From Felis catus (taxonomy: Eukaryota), in assembly GCF_018350175.1 (NCBI RefSeq), contig NC_058368.1:217002001-217066000 (forward strand): 64,000 nt of DNA, read 5' to 3'. A program made the translations under genes and the position numbers. The notes beneath the pieces are model-generated. The model was given only the letters and a program-made list of their open reading frames with translations. It did not search any database and was not told the origin of the DNA. Shown here one piece after another: positions 63,330-64,000 of the stretch (within the stretch, counting starts at the first letter, position 1; each line of letters starts with the position of its first letter).

Positions 63330-64000
63330 GTGGAACTGATGTCACCAAAATGGAGACACAGGAGACCCCAGCCTCCTGTCCTGCCACAGAGATCAACAGT
63401 TAGCTCTCCATGAACAAAAACCGCTGTGGGAGAGATCTGGGGTCTGAGACAACCAGGAACACAGAAAGCGGGGGCTACTGGTCGCAGCCACAGCACGTGC
63501 AGTCATCATTCATTGTGATCAGCTGTGTGGGCAAACCCAGCAGATGTCACCACCGATGACAACGGCAGCTGTCAGAGCTGTCACAGACCCACTGTGGTTT
63601 TCACTGGTCTTGCCCCGCAGGGCTTTGCATTTGCCGATGCAAACGCCCTCCTTCTTCCCTCCCTCCCATCCGACTGGAGTCCGGGAACTGCATCCACAGC
63701 CAGCGCAGGCCTCTGTGTCTGCTCAAGTGCAAGATGCCTTGCATCTGGCCCCCAGATGGGCGTGCACTCAGGGATAGCCTTTCCAGCTGTGCACTTTCAT
63801 ACCAGCAGTCCCACATCTGTCACTTGCCTCCACTGCAGTGTGCACACCTGAGGGGAGAGTGTATGACCACGGGAGAGCACACAGACAGCCGAGGCCTTTA
63901 AAGCTGACTATCATTGGCCTGTCCCACTGAGCTCACCATTAGCCACCCCCTGCTGCCATGCATTGGCACATCCCTGTCCTGATTCTTATCACCAGACTCC
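63330..64000 (+). mobile_element. Ancient L1 5'UTR (L1M 5' end-like) running off the window
   Basis: Abrupt GC-rich switch starting GATGTCACCAAAATGGAG (degenerate CAAGATGGCG), followed by a CCATGAACAAAAA...GGGAGAG segment recalled from older L1 5' ends. Confidence 0.55.

Noticed and set aside
63275..63851. GC-rich ORF cluster as a gene start
   Set aside because: Better explained as an old L1 5'UTR; no recognisable protein.
1..64000. CRISPR arrays, operons or prokaryotic/viral defence systems
   Set aside because: The sequence is mammalian. There are no regularly spaced repeat-spacer arrays, and I recognised no retroviral gag/pol/env or other viral coding remnants.

Overview
AT-rich, gene-poor mammalian DNA, almost certainly from a felid, judging by the cat-type Can-SINEs (SINEC_Fc-like) and an L1_Fc-like LINE-1. 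I recognise no intact host protein-coding gene; nearly all short ORFs in the track are translations of SINEs, L1 or microsatellites. Main contents: (1) a full-length but inactivated ~5.9 kb LINE-1 (28186-34101, +) with a perfect 16-bp target-site duplication (TSD) and 25 nt of SINE-like extra sequence at its 5' junction; (2) an old MER21/CarLTR-like LTR that hosts this L1 plus three solo ERV LTRs and a SINE; (3) a 410-bp internal fragment of AURKAIP1 (mS38) coding sequence inserted into an old L1 without poly(A) or TSD; (4) a young CpG-rich gammaretrovirus-like solo LTR (12087-12570, -); (5) about 30 Can-SINEs, older L1 fragments (one 5'-inverted and carrying a homology-joined younger L1), MaLR/MER34-like LTRs, MIR/L2 relics and microsatellites. 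Repeat family names come from my recollection of consensus sequences, not from a database search. I found no evidence for a new biological system; the findings are mainly unusual insertion mechanics.
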